Source: Porphyridium purpureum
Taxonomy: Eukaryota
Assembly: GCA_008690995.1 (NCBI GenBank)
Contig: VRMN01000006.1
Span: forward strand, 1-64,000
Length of the DNA stretch: 64,000 nucleotides
Reading direction: 5' to 3'
Positions 34,801 to 46,410 of the stretch are shown here, one piece after another; positions within the stretch are counted from its first letter, which is position 1; each line of letters begins with the position of its first letter. Under the pieces are notes generated by a model. The model ran no database searches. It had not been told where the DNA came from and saw only the letters and a program-made list of their open reading frames with translations. The translations under genes and the position numbers were made by a program.

Positions 34801-36341
34801 ACGCATGCAAGCTATGAGCGCTCGCACACTGACTTGGAAGCCGGTGGGCGTGCACTGCTGTGCCAGGCCGGGCTTTCACCCGCATGGTGCGGAGCTGCGG
34901 TGAAAAACTGGGCGCTCGCACGGAATCTCACGTGGGTAGGGTCCGGGGTGCCTCGGCGTTCCAGCTCCGATTCGGCCTGCGTTGGAGACGTGCGTTGCCT
35001 TTGTTCGGACAGGGGGTGGTCGTGTTTGACAACAGTCCAGCTGATAAATTCGCGAGCCGCGGACGCACGGCGGCGGCGACGGGTTCTGTGTTACCGAGGC
35101 TAAACGACCCGTGCGACAAGGTCAATGCCTCGGTCGTGGGCCCTGAGGATGAGGCCGGCAGCCGTGCATGCGGCCTATGAATGGAAGGTCCTCGAAGACT
35201 GTTGGTCCCTGCGTAACCTTGGTCTGCGTCTGGTCACGGAGCTCGAGTGGCACACCGCACAACCAGAATTGAGCGAGCGTGTGGAGGCAGAAATGCTCAA
35301 GTCTTGCACGCAGTGCAGAAAACCATGGATGCAAGACGTCGCGGTGACATGTGACCGGTGTTTACAAGGCAGAAAGTCGGATGCAAGGTACGAGTCGGCC
35401 GTGGCATATGGCAAGCGACGATGCTGTTGTCCAAGACTACCAGACGGCACGATTGGTGCTGAAGCAGTGCACGACACGAGCAGAAGTAGGAGGCCCGTGC
35501 AGCGGTGGTCCGCGCAGGAAGATGATGCGATACGAGACAGATATGCCCACGCGGGGGCGCAATGGAAGCTCTTGCGTGGTATACATGCGCGTGTGTTCGA
35601 CGAACGCGCGCGGACTCCTCAAGGCCTGCGCAGCCGCACCGTGGCGCTAGGCCTTGTGCCAGGCAAGAAAGGCACAACGCACGGGAATGCAAGCGCAAAT
35701 GCAAGAGCAGCAGCAGCGCAGGCTGCCGAGGTGGTGCCGCTAGGCACGGCCGTAGGGACAGACGCTGGACGGAGGGTACTCAAGGCCGAACTCACACCCT
35801 TGGTTCAGGTCGGCGCTTTGCAGCTGGACAAGGCTGTCGAGCACCGCGACGTCACGCGGAAAGCAGGCGTGCGGTTTGTGAAGCTGAAAGCAATCATGGC
35901 GGTGAAGAATGCCGAGATGCCGACCGAATACAGGAAGCACAAGTGCAGAATAGTTGCACAAGGGTGCATTCTGCGTGACGGCGATGGTCGGTTCGCGACG
36001 CCCGAGCCATTCAAGCACAAAAAGCCCCCGGGGCTGAGCAGCGTGCGCGCAACGATGAGCAGATGTCTTTTGGCGTATAGTTGGGAGGCCGAAGCCGTGT
36101 TCCTTGATGTTGATAGCGCGTACCTGCACACAAAACTCAGCCGCAACCCGACGTATGGCACGTTACAGACGCTTCTTTCCCTCTTAAACGGGTCCTTGCA
36201 GCAAGCTTTGCTCGAGCGACTGCGCAGAATGAAAAAACCTGTCGTGCACTTGCCACTGGCCCTTTATGAGCTTGCGCGTGCCGGCTCCGATTTTACAGAG
36301 CACGGACGCAGGGAGATGCTGGCGATGGCATGGCGCGAGAG
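31846..36341 (+). mobile_element. LTR retrotransposon A (unusual lineage), degenerate and 3'-truncated inside RT
   Basis: PBS GGTTATGAGCCCAG at 32152-32165 after ..TTCTCG. Gag from 32274 (FAPANAAKQA.DEL, GPAPMEL, CYRCKRRGHIACEC); protease AVVDTDASHTFV..LLLGIDWL; integrase HALTHMPASPSCGIC, VDILD, YERSH; Cys cluster and Myb-like domain; RT N-half (KCRIVAQG, LDVDSAYL, LALYEL). 5' LTR start is tentative. Confidence 0.85.
32914..33200 (+). mobile_element. Solo LTR (TG..CA, 287 bp) inserted in gag of element A
   Basis: TGTCGT..ACGGCA, 4-bp TSD CGCA, internal TATATAAG. Removing it restores the gag frame CLRSAGLSEEEKLDRF. Confidence 0.88.
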
Positions 36342-36518
36342 CGTCGTGAGCGACCTGATGCATGTCTCAGTACAGCGGGTACGCATCAATACAATTGATG
36401 AGTGTACGAAAAGTACATGTATGCTAGAAACCTCCAGAGAAAGTGTCAAATTAGACAGAGAAAACTTTTGGCGCTCGAGCGCGCGGTAGAGAGGAAAGCT
36501 CCAAAGCTCCTGTCAACA
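36342..36518 (+). mobile_element. Internally deleted LTR of the 45799-46410 family, at the point where element A is truncated
   Basis: cgtcgtgagcgacctgatgcatgtctcagtacagc resembles TGTCGCGAGCGCCCTAATGCAGGTCTCAGTACAGC; ends aaagctcctgtcaaca. Confidence 0.65.
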
Positions 36519-38418
36519 AGGTGAGACACAAACAGTCGCGTCCCACGGTATTTTCTTGTGGAAGATTCTGTGCGCGAAGACGAGTTCATCACTTCTGAAC
36601 CCGTTTCCACTTACCCACGAATAATTCCGAGACACACTGCTTATTCCAAAAGAAAACTACTTTTAATCCTTTTCACCCGTAATCTTTTCCTGTGAAAGCC
36701 GCTCCCCGTCGACACGTTCTGCCATGTCCTTAAATCGTCCTCTGTGACGGACACAGACTTGAATGAGCGGATGGAGAGGCGGCGTACACGGCTATTGCGA
36801 ACGTCTCTTGCGCTGATGCAGGCTCATACTTGAAGAGAAAGGAAGCTTCCGCGAAGCTACCTGAGGCGCAGCGACGAGCCCACGGGAGTGGATAACGCCC
36901 AAGCGCTGTCGCTCTCTTTCCTTCTTCGCGCTGGTCGATGGAATGTGCGCGCGTGCCACCTACTTGGCAGTGCGCTCGGCGGAGTGATGGGCGCTCACAC
37001 GCCCACAAGTTTTCTTGCCGCCCCTCTCTGCAAATCTCGACACACAAGAACTAAGCCTTTACTCCACTGCATATCTCTCTTGCTGTCAGAACCACATTCC
37101 TCCAAGCACATCCATGCGACGATCAAGAATTTAATCAGTGATATCGAGACGCCTGAGCTGAGTGTCTTTATTTTTTTTTCGATGCTATTGGTTGACCTGA
37201 AAGTGTCCACACAAGGTCTGCCAGACTTGCTGTTGGCGGCTGCCAGCACAGAAGCATGTCCGAGAAATGAAAGAGCGTGTCAGATCTAAGGACCGTTGTC
37301 TGGAAAGCGCACAAGGTCGAGCAAGCGTTTGAAAATAAAAGTGGATACATTCGTCTTTGTCGAAGGCCATTCCAGCAGATTTCGGTCACTGGGAGGAACT
37401 CTGAGACAGCCGCCTTGCTAAGCTCCCATGCGCACAAGTGCGCACGTTGGAGCACCTTACGTGAAGTCCGCTCCATACAGCGACCTATATCCATAGGATC
37501 GATACTGGCCTCTTGCCTTCAAGAAAGAAAGACTCGCCCTCCGGCGATCTCCACGCCAGCCCTTCTAACATGCTCTACCCTGGCGGCAAACACCAAGCGC
37601 AACTGTGAAATATATCCTCGCGCCTCCGTGCCCCGTGTCCGCCCGAGACTGTGAGATATCCACAGAGGTCGGCTTTATTCCCAAATGCCACACGGCTTGT
37701 CGCTACGTGAAAGCATCAGTGGGCAGTGTTTTTCTACAGCCATTTGCCAACTTGTCACGGCTTTCACGTGCTCGTATACGGCAAGTCTGTCTGCTGCATA
37801 CACATGCGGCCAGCGCACACTTATTTTGGGCATCTTGAGAGCATGAAGCTTCTTCTCACTCCAGCCCTCTTCCACAGCGCTCAGTGTCGTCTCATTGTCT
37901 TCCTCATTTGCATACGCGGTCACTTTCCACGCGACTCTTCGATGAATGTCGCTATTGGGAATGCTCTGTGCTGCGGGACAGTACGCAGGAAAATAAGCTC
38001 CAACTCGGCTGTAGATGTCGCAATCCTCCCCTGTCGACTGCTTAGCCAATCAACGGTGCGCTCAGCTCCGCTGGCGCTCATGTACGCACAAATACCCGTC
38101 CTTGATCCTTCCTCGCAAAGATCTGGATCCGAATAATAGACAATGACGGGCGCGAGGCCCTCGGTCGCAGCGTCGCGTATTCAAGATGCCAGTCCGCGCT
38201 ATCTCGAACGCATCGCGGTATGTTCGTCAAACATTTATCCGCCACCTGGTTTTATCTGTCCGTACACCGCGCCAAAAATCCTGCGGCGAAGGGCTGAATT
38301 AGTTGTTGTCGTTCGAACGAGCCATAATACTTGACCGAGCCTCCTGCGCGATTCGGCCCCGCAGCGGCTGCCGTCGATGTCTAGTTCAGGTCGCTGGACC
38401 AACGAATTCGTACGCTTT

Positions 38419-38672
38419 TGTCATGATACTCTCCACCTTAACTGTACCACCCACCGCACGACTGCTTTGTACCCTCTAGATTCAAACCTCGTTCTAACTG
38501 GCGCCTCCACTTATTACAGGGAATCCACTGTAGGGTAGGGTGGAGTATTCAAGCGCGTCGCCCACGATGCGCTACCTATCTTGTAAACCGGAGGGCCGAT
38601 ATGGCCAGTGGAATTGCGGCTGGGTTGACGGAGGAGGGTAGTGAATTGGCTCTTCGGGACCATATCACGGCA
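38419..38672 (+). mobile_element. Solo LTR of the 32914-33200 family inserted in RT of element D
   Basis: TGTCATGATA..TATCACGGCA; shares ggagggccga..ggccagtgg.attg and ggac.atatcacggca with the other copy. TSD not clean. Confidence 0.75.
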
Positions 38673-39437
38673 TACGTCCAGAAAGCGACCATCAGCCTAA
38701 TTGCCATGTTCCAAGATGACAGCACTAATTGCCGCCCTCACAGACACCAACCCCGGTGGCTTTTCCCACGCAAAGGGGTCGACCACAAGTCCTTGTGCAT
38801 TCTGAACAACAAAGTCCTGCGCAACCAAGCGGTGCTCATGCCGGGAAGCTTCGATGCCGAATTCCGCGTTTTTCATCGCAAAGATGACCTTCAGCTTCAC
38901 GAGCTATATGCCGGGCTTTCTGACCGCGTCCGCTGTCTCTCCATGGCCTTCTTTAGAAGCATGGCGCCAATCTTCCGTAGTGCATTCAGTTCCTTCTCAA
39001 ACGCCAAGCGTCCCGGTCGCGATCGTATTGCTCCCTGGGCGTCGACGACCTCAGTAACCAGTGGCACGCACATTATGCTGTAAAGGTCTGTCGCTGATGC
39101 GCGCAGTCTTTCTCTGCATGCCGCTCCCGACTTCTAACACCGGTGCTCCACGAGGCCTTGCGCCTCCGGACCTGACAAAGTGATCGCCTGCGCTTTTAAC
39201 CGTACACCTTTTGAACTGCGACCTCCGGGAACACTGCCACTTTCTCTCTTGATTCTGGTCCACTTGGGCCCTAGTTGTTCAAAACCTTTGCGCATCGCTG
39301 CACACGCCTGTTCTGACCATGCTCGCCTTCTTGTGCGACCATCGGTCTGGTAGGCTTTTCCATTCCGCCACCCAACGAGCTGCCGCAGGTCTCAAATCGC
39401 TGACCGGTGCAGCCAAGATCTTCGAAACCTTCAGGTT

Positions 39438-39737
39438 CAGAAGATGTCTCCGACCGTTTCAACATTCTTCGTCACAGTCCAGTCGAGTCTGGACACGGTT
39501 CAGAGCAAACTCGTCCCCGAAGTTGCAACGGACGGCAAAGTGGCGGGCACGAGATGGCTGCGGTGCTCTCAGCGGGCCGCGATGGGTATAAAGTCGGCGC
39601 TCACCAATTGTTTTCGTCTGGCGCTGGGCCCACATCACAAGACACAAGCAAGGGAGCTAAAAAGGGCGAAGGACTAGTTCAGGATTAAAGGCAGTCGTTG
39701 TTGCTTGGGAGCACTGAACTTTGTCGCCCATTTACCG
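39438..39737 (+). repeat. 5' LTR of element B (CAG..CCG)
   Basis: Direct repeat of 44048-44347; TATAAA at about 39587. Confidence 0.95.
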
Positions 39738-39792
39738 TGGTATCATCGCCTCGCTGAGTGATCAAGAGTCTTGCGTGGTGGTATAAGCTGAC

Positions 39793-40626
39793 ATGGAGAA
39801 CCTAAGGCAGACATTGGCTCCGAGAGCGGGTGGACCGCTTGAGCCTGAAGTGCGGGTGTCTCGGCTTGACTCGTTTGACGGTACGAGGGATGTGGTAGTC
39901 TTGCAAACGTGGCCCTTCACGGCGCGTGAAGTGATCCTTGTCCCGTTGAGGGATGCCGCGGGCTTGTCGGCTAGGGCGGGTCCAGGAGACGCGCAGGTCT
40001 TCGCTCAGGTAGAAAGAAAGGCAATCCGGGTTGCAGCGACCTATTTTAGAGGCTCTGCCTTGATCTGGTGGATTGGAGTTGTGAGTGCAAATAGCCCTCC
40101 GGACACATGGGATGTCTTTCAACGTGAAGTGGAGCTGCAGTTTGCGCCGCCAAATGCTGTGCGGCAGGCGCGCGATGAGCTCGCGGCGCTGACGCAGACC
40201 GGAGAGGTTTCTGAGTATTGTGACCGCTTCAATCATATTGTTCTGCGTGTGCCAGGGATCACGCAGGATGAAATGCCGGATCGATTCGTCCGTGGTCTTA
40301 AAAGGGCGCATCGCATTGAGGTGCTCAAGGCTTGCGTGGACAATGTCAGCGATGCAATGAGGGTGGCGCTCTCGGTGGAATCCGCTCTTTCGATATACCC
40401 GGGGGTATATGTGGAAACGCGAGGAAGGCAAGTGACGCCCTTCGGGCACGGACAGGGGCCGGTACCAATGGAACTGGGCCTTGCACGTGCTGGACCAGCG
40501 GGGGCGGGGAGAGGGCTTGTTGCTCGAAAGCATGGCTCGAAGTGTTGACTCTGTGGCAAGATAGGACACAGAAAGGCCGAGTGTCCCGAAAAGAATCGTC
40601 GTGGTCCGGGCGCGGGAAACGTCTAA
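39793..40626 (+). pseudogene. gag of element B with a premature TGA inside the CCHC knuckle
   Basis: FDGTRD, ATYFRGSALIWW, FAPPNAVRQARDEL, DRFVRGL, GPVPMELG, then C*LCGKIGHRKAEC and natural stop TAA at 40624-40626. Confidence 0.88.
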
Positions 40627-43600
40627 GCCCCCACTCAGATGGAAATATTCTGACGCTGGGGGCGTCAGACGTGTGCGCTTCGGCACCGAATTTGGAGCAG
40701 AATGAGAGACGTGGCTTGGTGGTTCCTCTGCTTTCATCTCCTTGCGCGCTTCAGGTTCGCTTGGGGGAGGAGTTTGCAACAGCGGAGGCTCTCACAGACA
40801 GTGGTGCGAACGCGTGTTTCATGCGTAAGGTGGTGGCGGACAAGTTGGTCCGTGGTGGTGCGAAATTGGAGAGATGTGAGCCTATTGAAGTTTGCTTGGC
40901 AAATGGCTTCGCTTGTACGGCCTCTAATCTCCTTGTTTGTGCGGTAGCAGCTCTTAGCGTGCCGTTGTTTAAGATCCCTGAGTCACGCTTGACGTGCCAA
41001 TTTATCGTGGCAGAGCGATTGAGCTACGAGGTCATCCTAGGAAAGCCATGGTTGGAGACGGCGTTGAAAGGGTCAGTTGAGGCTATGGCTTCCAAGGTTG
41101 TACCGTGCCATGACCTTATGCACTTGCCAAAGGATCCCGCATGTGGCCCTTGCCAGACGGCCAAGCTCCGACGCACCTCTTCGTGGCGTTCAGGAGACCA
41201 AGCTGTGTCGCGTTCAGTCTTGGAGTTAGATTTGGTTGACGCGGGTGGTGATGAGCGAGGATGGCCTAGACGCGGGGCAAGGTATCTAATGGTTGCTTTG
41301 GACCATCCTGACCGATGGTTGGCAGTCGAGCCATTGATGAGCAAGTCGTCCGACCCTACGGCAGAAGCTTTAGAGCGTATCCTTGCGGGCGAGGCCTGGC
41401 CTTCTGTGATAAAAACGGATGATGGCAGAGAGTTTTCTGGGGCTTTTGCAAGGACTGTGCTCAAACATGGGGCAAGGCACGAGGGCGCCGTTCCTCGTCG
41501 GCCAAATACTCATGCGCCTGTGGAGTCAATGAATCGGACTCTTCTAGGGGCCGTGAGGACGACTTTGGTCGCCGCTGGTTTGCCTCTCCGCTTCTGGGAA
41601 GATGCAGCACTGTCGTTTGCCTTTGCGTGGAACCGCGCGGAGCGCGACGAAGTGTCCCAGAAATCTCCGTACGAGGTCAGGTACAAGAAGAAGTTTGCTC
41701 AAGAAAAATTGCTCCCTTTTGGCTGCGCAATTATGTATCTTGACGAAGAGGCGGCAAAGTTTGAGTCGCGCTCGCGATTGGGAATCTTTATCAAGTACCA
41801 TGAAGAAACTCGAATAGTTGTCGTGGATTCGGAGGAGCTTGCACGTGGAAGAGCTCGCGAAATTGTCACTCGTGATTATGTCCCCAAGAAGATTGACTAC
41901 CCTGCGAGACGCTTAGGATTGCGTCCTCTCGGTGAACAACTGTGGTTGGAAGACTTTGGGCAGGAACACAACAATGGAGATCATGCGGCATATGAGCTTT
42001 GCGGCAAGTGCGGTAAAAGGAAGGTGCTGCAAATTCGCTGCCTGAAATGCTTGGGAAAAAGGGGCAAGAGGCACCGTAAAGATGATTCTTGCACGCTTGG
42101 CGCGTGTCGGTGCACCCCGACAGAGATTTTGGAGCATGCGCGCAAGGTAGCCGCGCGCGCAGAGCACCAGGCGGCGCAGTTCTTGGAGACACAGAAGAGT
42201 GAGCAGGACCGTCTTGCTCGCGCCAAAGCAGCTGCGGAGAAAGGAGAAAGGAGAGCGCAGTGCGCAAAAGCGGGAGCGTCGAGCGTCCAGACTTCGCGCG
42301 AGGATAAGCCCTACAAGCGGTGGGCGTGTGGTACCCAGTCCGCAGACCACTCGGTCTGGTCGAACTGTCAGGCAGCCGTTAAAGCTCGGCTTAGGCGTTA
42401 CCACTGTGGTTGCGCGCTCCGTCGCTCTTGTCCAAAAGGGCTTTGCAAAAGCCAGAGACGTCGAGGTTGATCGCCATCGGCGTTTTCGAACATGGGACCC
42501 GGAACCTGTATCCTTTGAATGTGCCAAAGCCGAGCCAGGAGCTGTTTTCGTGAATGCTCACTTCATTTACACTCTGAGGCATTCGGAGGCGGCGCAGCAA
42601 GTAGAAAAGGTGCGACTGGTGGCGGCGGGAAATAATGTCAGAGACGCCGGGGGCGCAAGATTATCGCGGGACGCACCGTATGCAACGCCGGCAAGCCTGG
42701 CGTCTTTCCGCACTGCCGTTGCTGTCGCTGCCGCGCGTGGATATGAGATCGCCAAGTTGGACATGACGTCTGCGTACTTGCAGGTTAATGTATGAGGCGC
42801 GCCGGATTTCGTCCGATTACCGGAAGAGTTGCCAGAATCGAAGGAAGGGGTCTTCAGGCTGAGACGTGCCCTGTATGGTTTGGAGCGCTCAGGCGCAGAC
42901 TTCATCATTGAAGTGACCAGGAGACTAAATGAGCAGGGCTGGAAGGAAGCAGCGCCGTCTCTGTTTGCTCGCGAAAAGGCAACTCTTGCAGCCTATGTGG
43001 ACGACTTTCTCCTTGCCGGGCCGGCTGACGAACTGAGTGCAGTGGAGCGCTCGCTTCGCCAAATGTTCACTTTTGATGAGGCTTCAGAACGCCTTTCCTG
43101 CGGGGAAATTAATTTTCTGGGTATCAAAGTTCGTCGTGCCCAAGGTTTTATTGAAATCGACCATACAGACTACGCGAAGTGGGTCGGGACGCACACAAGT
43201 TTGTGCGCGGGTATTGACGCAACGACACCGGACGTGGAGGTTCCGGCAGAGGATTACGATAGTGTCCTGTTTGGTGTGGACGCGCCTCGTGCGCAGATAG
43301 GTGCCCTACTCTGGTTGTCAAGGACTACGCGACCTGAGATCAGCCGGGCAGTTGCACGTGCTGCACGCTTCTTGGACAAGTGGAACATTGGTGCGCAGAA
43401 GATCTTGGACCGCTGTCTTTCTTACCTTCGAGGGAAGAAGAGGAGCATTCTGCGCTATCCTTGTGGAAGTGCAGAGGGTGAATCGTGCGCTGACGTCTGT
43501 CTCAAAATCTATTCAGACTCGGACTTTGCTGGTGATTCTGGAGCAACGTGCAAGAGCACTAGCGGTATGGTCGTATTTATCGAGATTCGTCAGAGAAAAT

Positions 43601-44298
43601 ATTTGATTGACTGGAGCTCAAGGGCGCAGAGAGCGGTTTCCACCTCCTCTGCTGAAGCGGAAGTAATCGCGCTGAGTCAGGCCTGCAAAGTAAGTCTGGG
43701 CCTTGCGCCGACCTGCGAGTTGTCAGGCCAAGGTGAAGCTGTAATGCTTGATGTGTATACCGATAGCCAGGCTGCCTTGAAGGCAGTAGAAAAGGGCTAT
43801 TCGGCAAAGTTGGCGCACGCGCGCAGAACGCAACGTGTTTCGATTGCATGGCTCCATGAACTGGCAGAGGATGGCCTCGTGAGATTCAGATGGATTCGGG
43901 GCACTGAGAACCCTGCTGATTTGTTCACGAAGACCTTCAGCCGACCGCAATTCGACATTAAGCTGAAAATTCTGGGTCTGGGGGACGATCGGACAGGTAA
44001 GAAACTTTGTGTCAACGGTGGCGACGAGACTGGCTCTGAAGGGGGCGCAGAAGATGTCTCCGACCGTTTCAACATTCTTCGTCACAGTCCAGTCGAGTCT
44101 GGACACGGTTCAGAGCAAACTCGTCCCCGAAGTTGCAACGGACGGCAAAGTGGCGGGCACGAGATGGCTGCGGTGCTCTCAGCGGGCCGCGACGGGTATA
44201 AAGTCGGCGCTCACCAATTGTTTTCGTCTGGCGCTGGGCCCACATCACAAGACACAAGCAAGGGAGCTAAAAAGGGCGAAGGACTAGTTCAGGATTAA
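40614..44298 (+). pseudogene. pol of element B (PR-IN-RT-RNase H) with one frameshift (about 42200-42470) and one TGA (42793-95)
   Basis: LTDSGANACF, ILGKPWL; HDLMHLPKDPACGPC, LDLVD/KTDDGREF/VESMNR; KVRLVAAG, LDMTSAYLQ, LRRALYGL, AYVDDFLL, TRPEIS; YSDSDFAGD..KSTSG, SSAEAE, NPADLFTK. Confidence 0.9.
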
Positions 44299-44347
44299 AG
44301 GCAGTCGTTGTTGCGTGGGAGCACTGAACTTTGTCGCCCATTTACCG
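44048..44347 (+). repeat. 3' LTR of element B
   Basis: Follows the PPT directly and is followed by TSD AGGTT. Confidence 0.95.
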
Positions 44348-45798
44348 AGGTTTTTCTTTTCTGTCTTTTTCACTTTCATACCAATAACCAAACGGATATC
44401 ACTTGGTTAATATTTCTTCGTGAACTCTGAAAATACAGAGACAGCACGATCGTGTGGCGGTATCGATCCAACCCAGTCTCGACCGTATCATTTCTCGAAC
44501 AGAGTTTTATCGCTGGCTCGCCCGCTCCAAGTGAGGCGTCTGGCGACAGCCTAGTAGCTCGCAGTGAAAACAAAACATGTCATTCGCAGCCCGGACTGCA
44601 GCAAAAGAACGCGCAGGGATGCATTCAAATTTCGGTGAATGCGCTCTTTGATCAGCATGCGTGTTCATCCGCCGCACCATTCCGCGCTTGCGTGCAGTCA
44701 AATGATCCCACAGGGTGACCTCAAAGACTCCTTCAAAGTCAACACCACCATTGGATTCGACCAACCAAGGCCAACCCTTTCCTCACTAGCTTGCTTTCCA
44801 TGCCAGAAGCGCCGACTCTGCTAGTATGTCTGGCTGAGCACGATCATCAACTCATCCTGTCTCCACGCCCCGATGAAAAAAATCCAGCGCGTTCCGTCGA
44901 CGCCCGGCTGAGTTGGATCAACGATGTCCACCAATACCGCGAAGTTACATGCGACAACAGGTTGGTCCCTTCTGCGTGCAGCTCGCTTCCAGGTTATCTT
45001 CTTACCTAGCGCGCACGCACTACACCCTTTTGACTCTGGCATGTGCGTGGCATCAAGACGTCACTCATTCGCTTCTTAATTTTTAGCATCTGAAAGATCG
45101 TTGTCGCCCAAAGCGGATTCTTCGCACAATACAGCGAGACTCTTCCTGATGTCCGTTAAAAACGTTTCCAGCTCCCGATAAACATCAACCGTTTCACGCA
45201 ACTGTATCGTCATTCCCCCGAACGGTCTCGCCCGTAGATATAAGTGAAGTGGCTACATCCGAGTTTGGGTCGGCGGCTGGGTACAAGACCCCGCCGCCGC
45301 GATTGCGGGCTAGGCAAAGAAGAATCAAGACGGACAGAGTTGATGGGAAGGAAGTTTGCTCCATACCAAAACCATTCTTCCAGAGTCACGGGTAGAATCG
45401 ATTCATTCGTTTTCGATACCCCGATCTGTTTGATCGCGTGTGTCACCAGGGGTTGCTTTGCTCTGACGGTCTTTTTTTTTTTGCTTAGACACAGAGCCTC
45501 TGCAGAAAGTTTTCCCTCCAAGGCGCTAGCTTTTTCCATGAGCTCGACACCAGTCAAGCCCGACAATCACGTCATGCTTGCCACTGTATATAATCGCGGT
45601 CGAACTGGCGTTGCGAAAGTCAGCCGTTCCGATCACAATCCGTGCTGTTCCACAAGCCTGAGTGACAGCTCGATTCACGAATCGAAAAGCACGAGTTGCG
45701 CGCTTCAGAACCTGTATACCGGCACGAAGACAAAACGTGTGAGACAAGAAGGTATTCGTCGCGCTAGTCTCTCTAGACACAATGGCAGCGACGCCATC

Positions 45799-46410
45799 TG
45801 TCACAAACGGAGCTTTCTCCTTCACTTTTTCTTCTCTCCTCCTCTACCTCTTCGTCTTTTCTCTCTAGGCTTTTTTATCGTTTAGCTGCCGCTCGCTCTG
45901 TTTTATACCCGCCTTCCGGCGCCGCAATGGCTTGCCCGGCGGGTTAAGCCCTCGGAATAACCCAATCCCGCGGCCCTCAATATAACTCAGCTGTACCACA
46001 CAGTACACCCGATAACTGTACTTTTAGTACACTTAGCCTTGGAGAGGTGCTCCACGGGATCGGCCGAGAAAGATCGATGCTACCGCCGAAAGGGGTGCGG
46101 GTGCGCACGGCGAAACGCGCAACACGTGGGCCACAAGTGTGGCGGACTCTTCGAGGCGCGCAGACGATTCTGCGCCATCTCCCTATCGCTCCCAACAAAC
46201 GACTTACCTTTACCTCACCACGCTAAAGAGTCTCTATCTTCGCTAGTTTTCCGGCCGAGACCCGGCCGCTCCACACAACGTACTTATGCAGCACCGCCGG
46301 TTAAGTGAACACAGGAGTCCGCGGTTCAGCGGGACCTCATCGTTCCCACGTTAGCAACTGTACTTCTGTGTACTCGCTGTACTGAGACCTGCATTAGGGC
46401 GCTCGCGACA
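45799..46410 (-). mobile_element. Solo LTR (TG..CA, 612 bp) inserted in the protease of element D
   Basis: TGTCGCGAGC..GTTTGTGACA, 4-bp TSD CATC on the plus strand. Removal restores VSMDGVAAIVSRETSATNTF. Confidence 0.85.

Larger units (their letters stand above)
39438..44347 (+). mobile_element. LTR retrotransposon B, full length and recent, 4910 bp
   Basis: 300-bp LTRs with 2 mismatches, perfect 5-bp TSD AGGTT, PBS TGGTATCATCGCC (39738), PPT GAAGGGGGCG, domain order gag-PR-IN-RT-RH. Confidence 0.96.

Noticed and set aside
37081..37504. Gypsy RT fragment (RPCVDTFRSTN) inserted in D's 3' LTR
   Set aside because: Too decayed to call by eye; noted only as an insertion.
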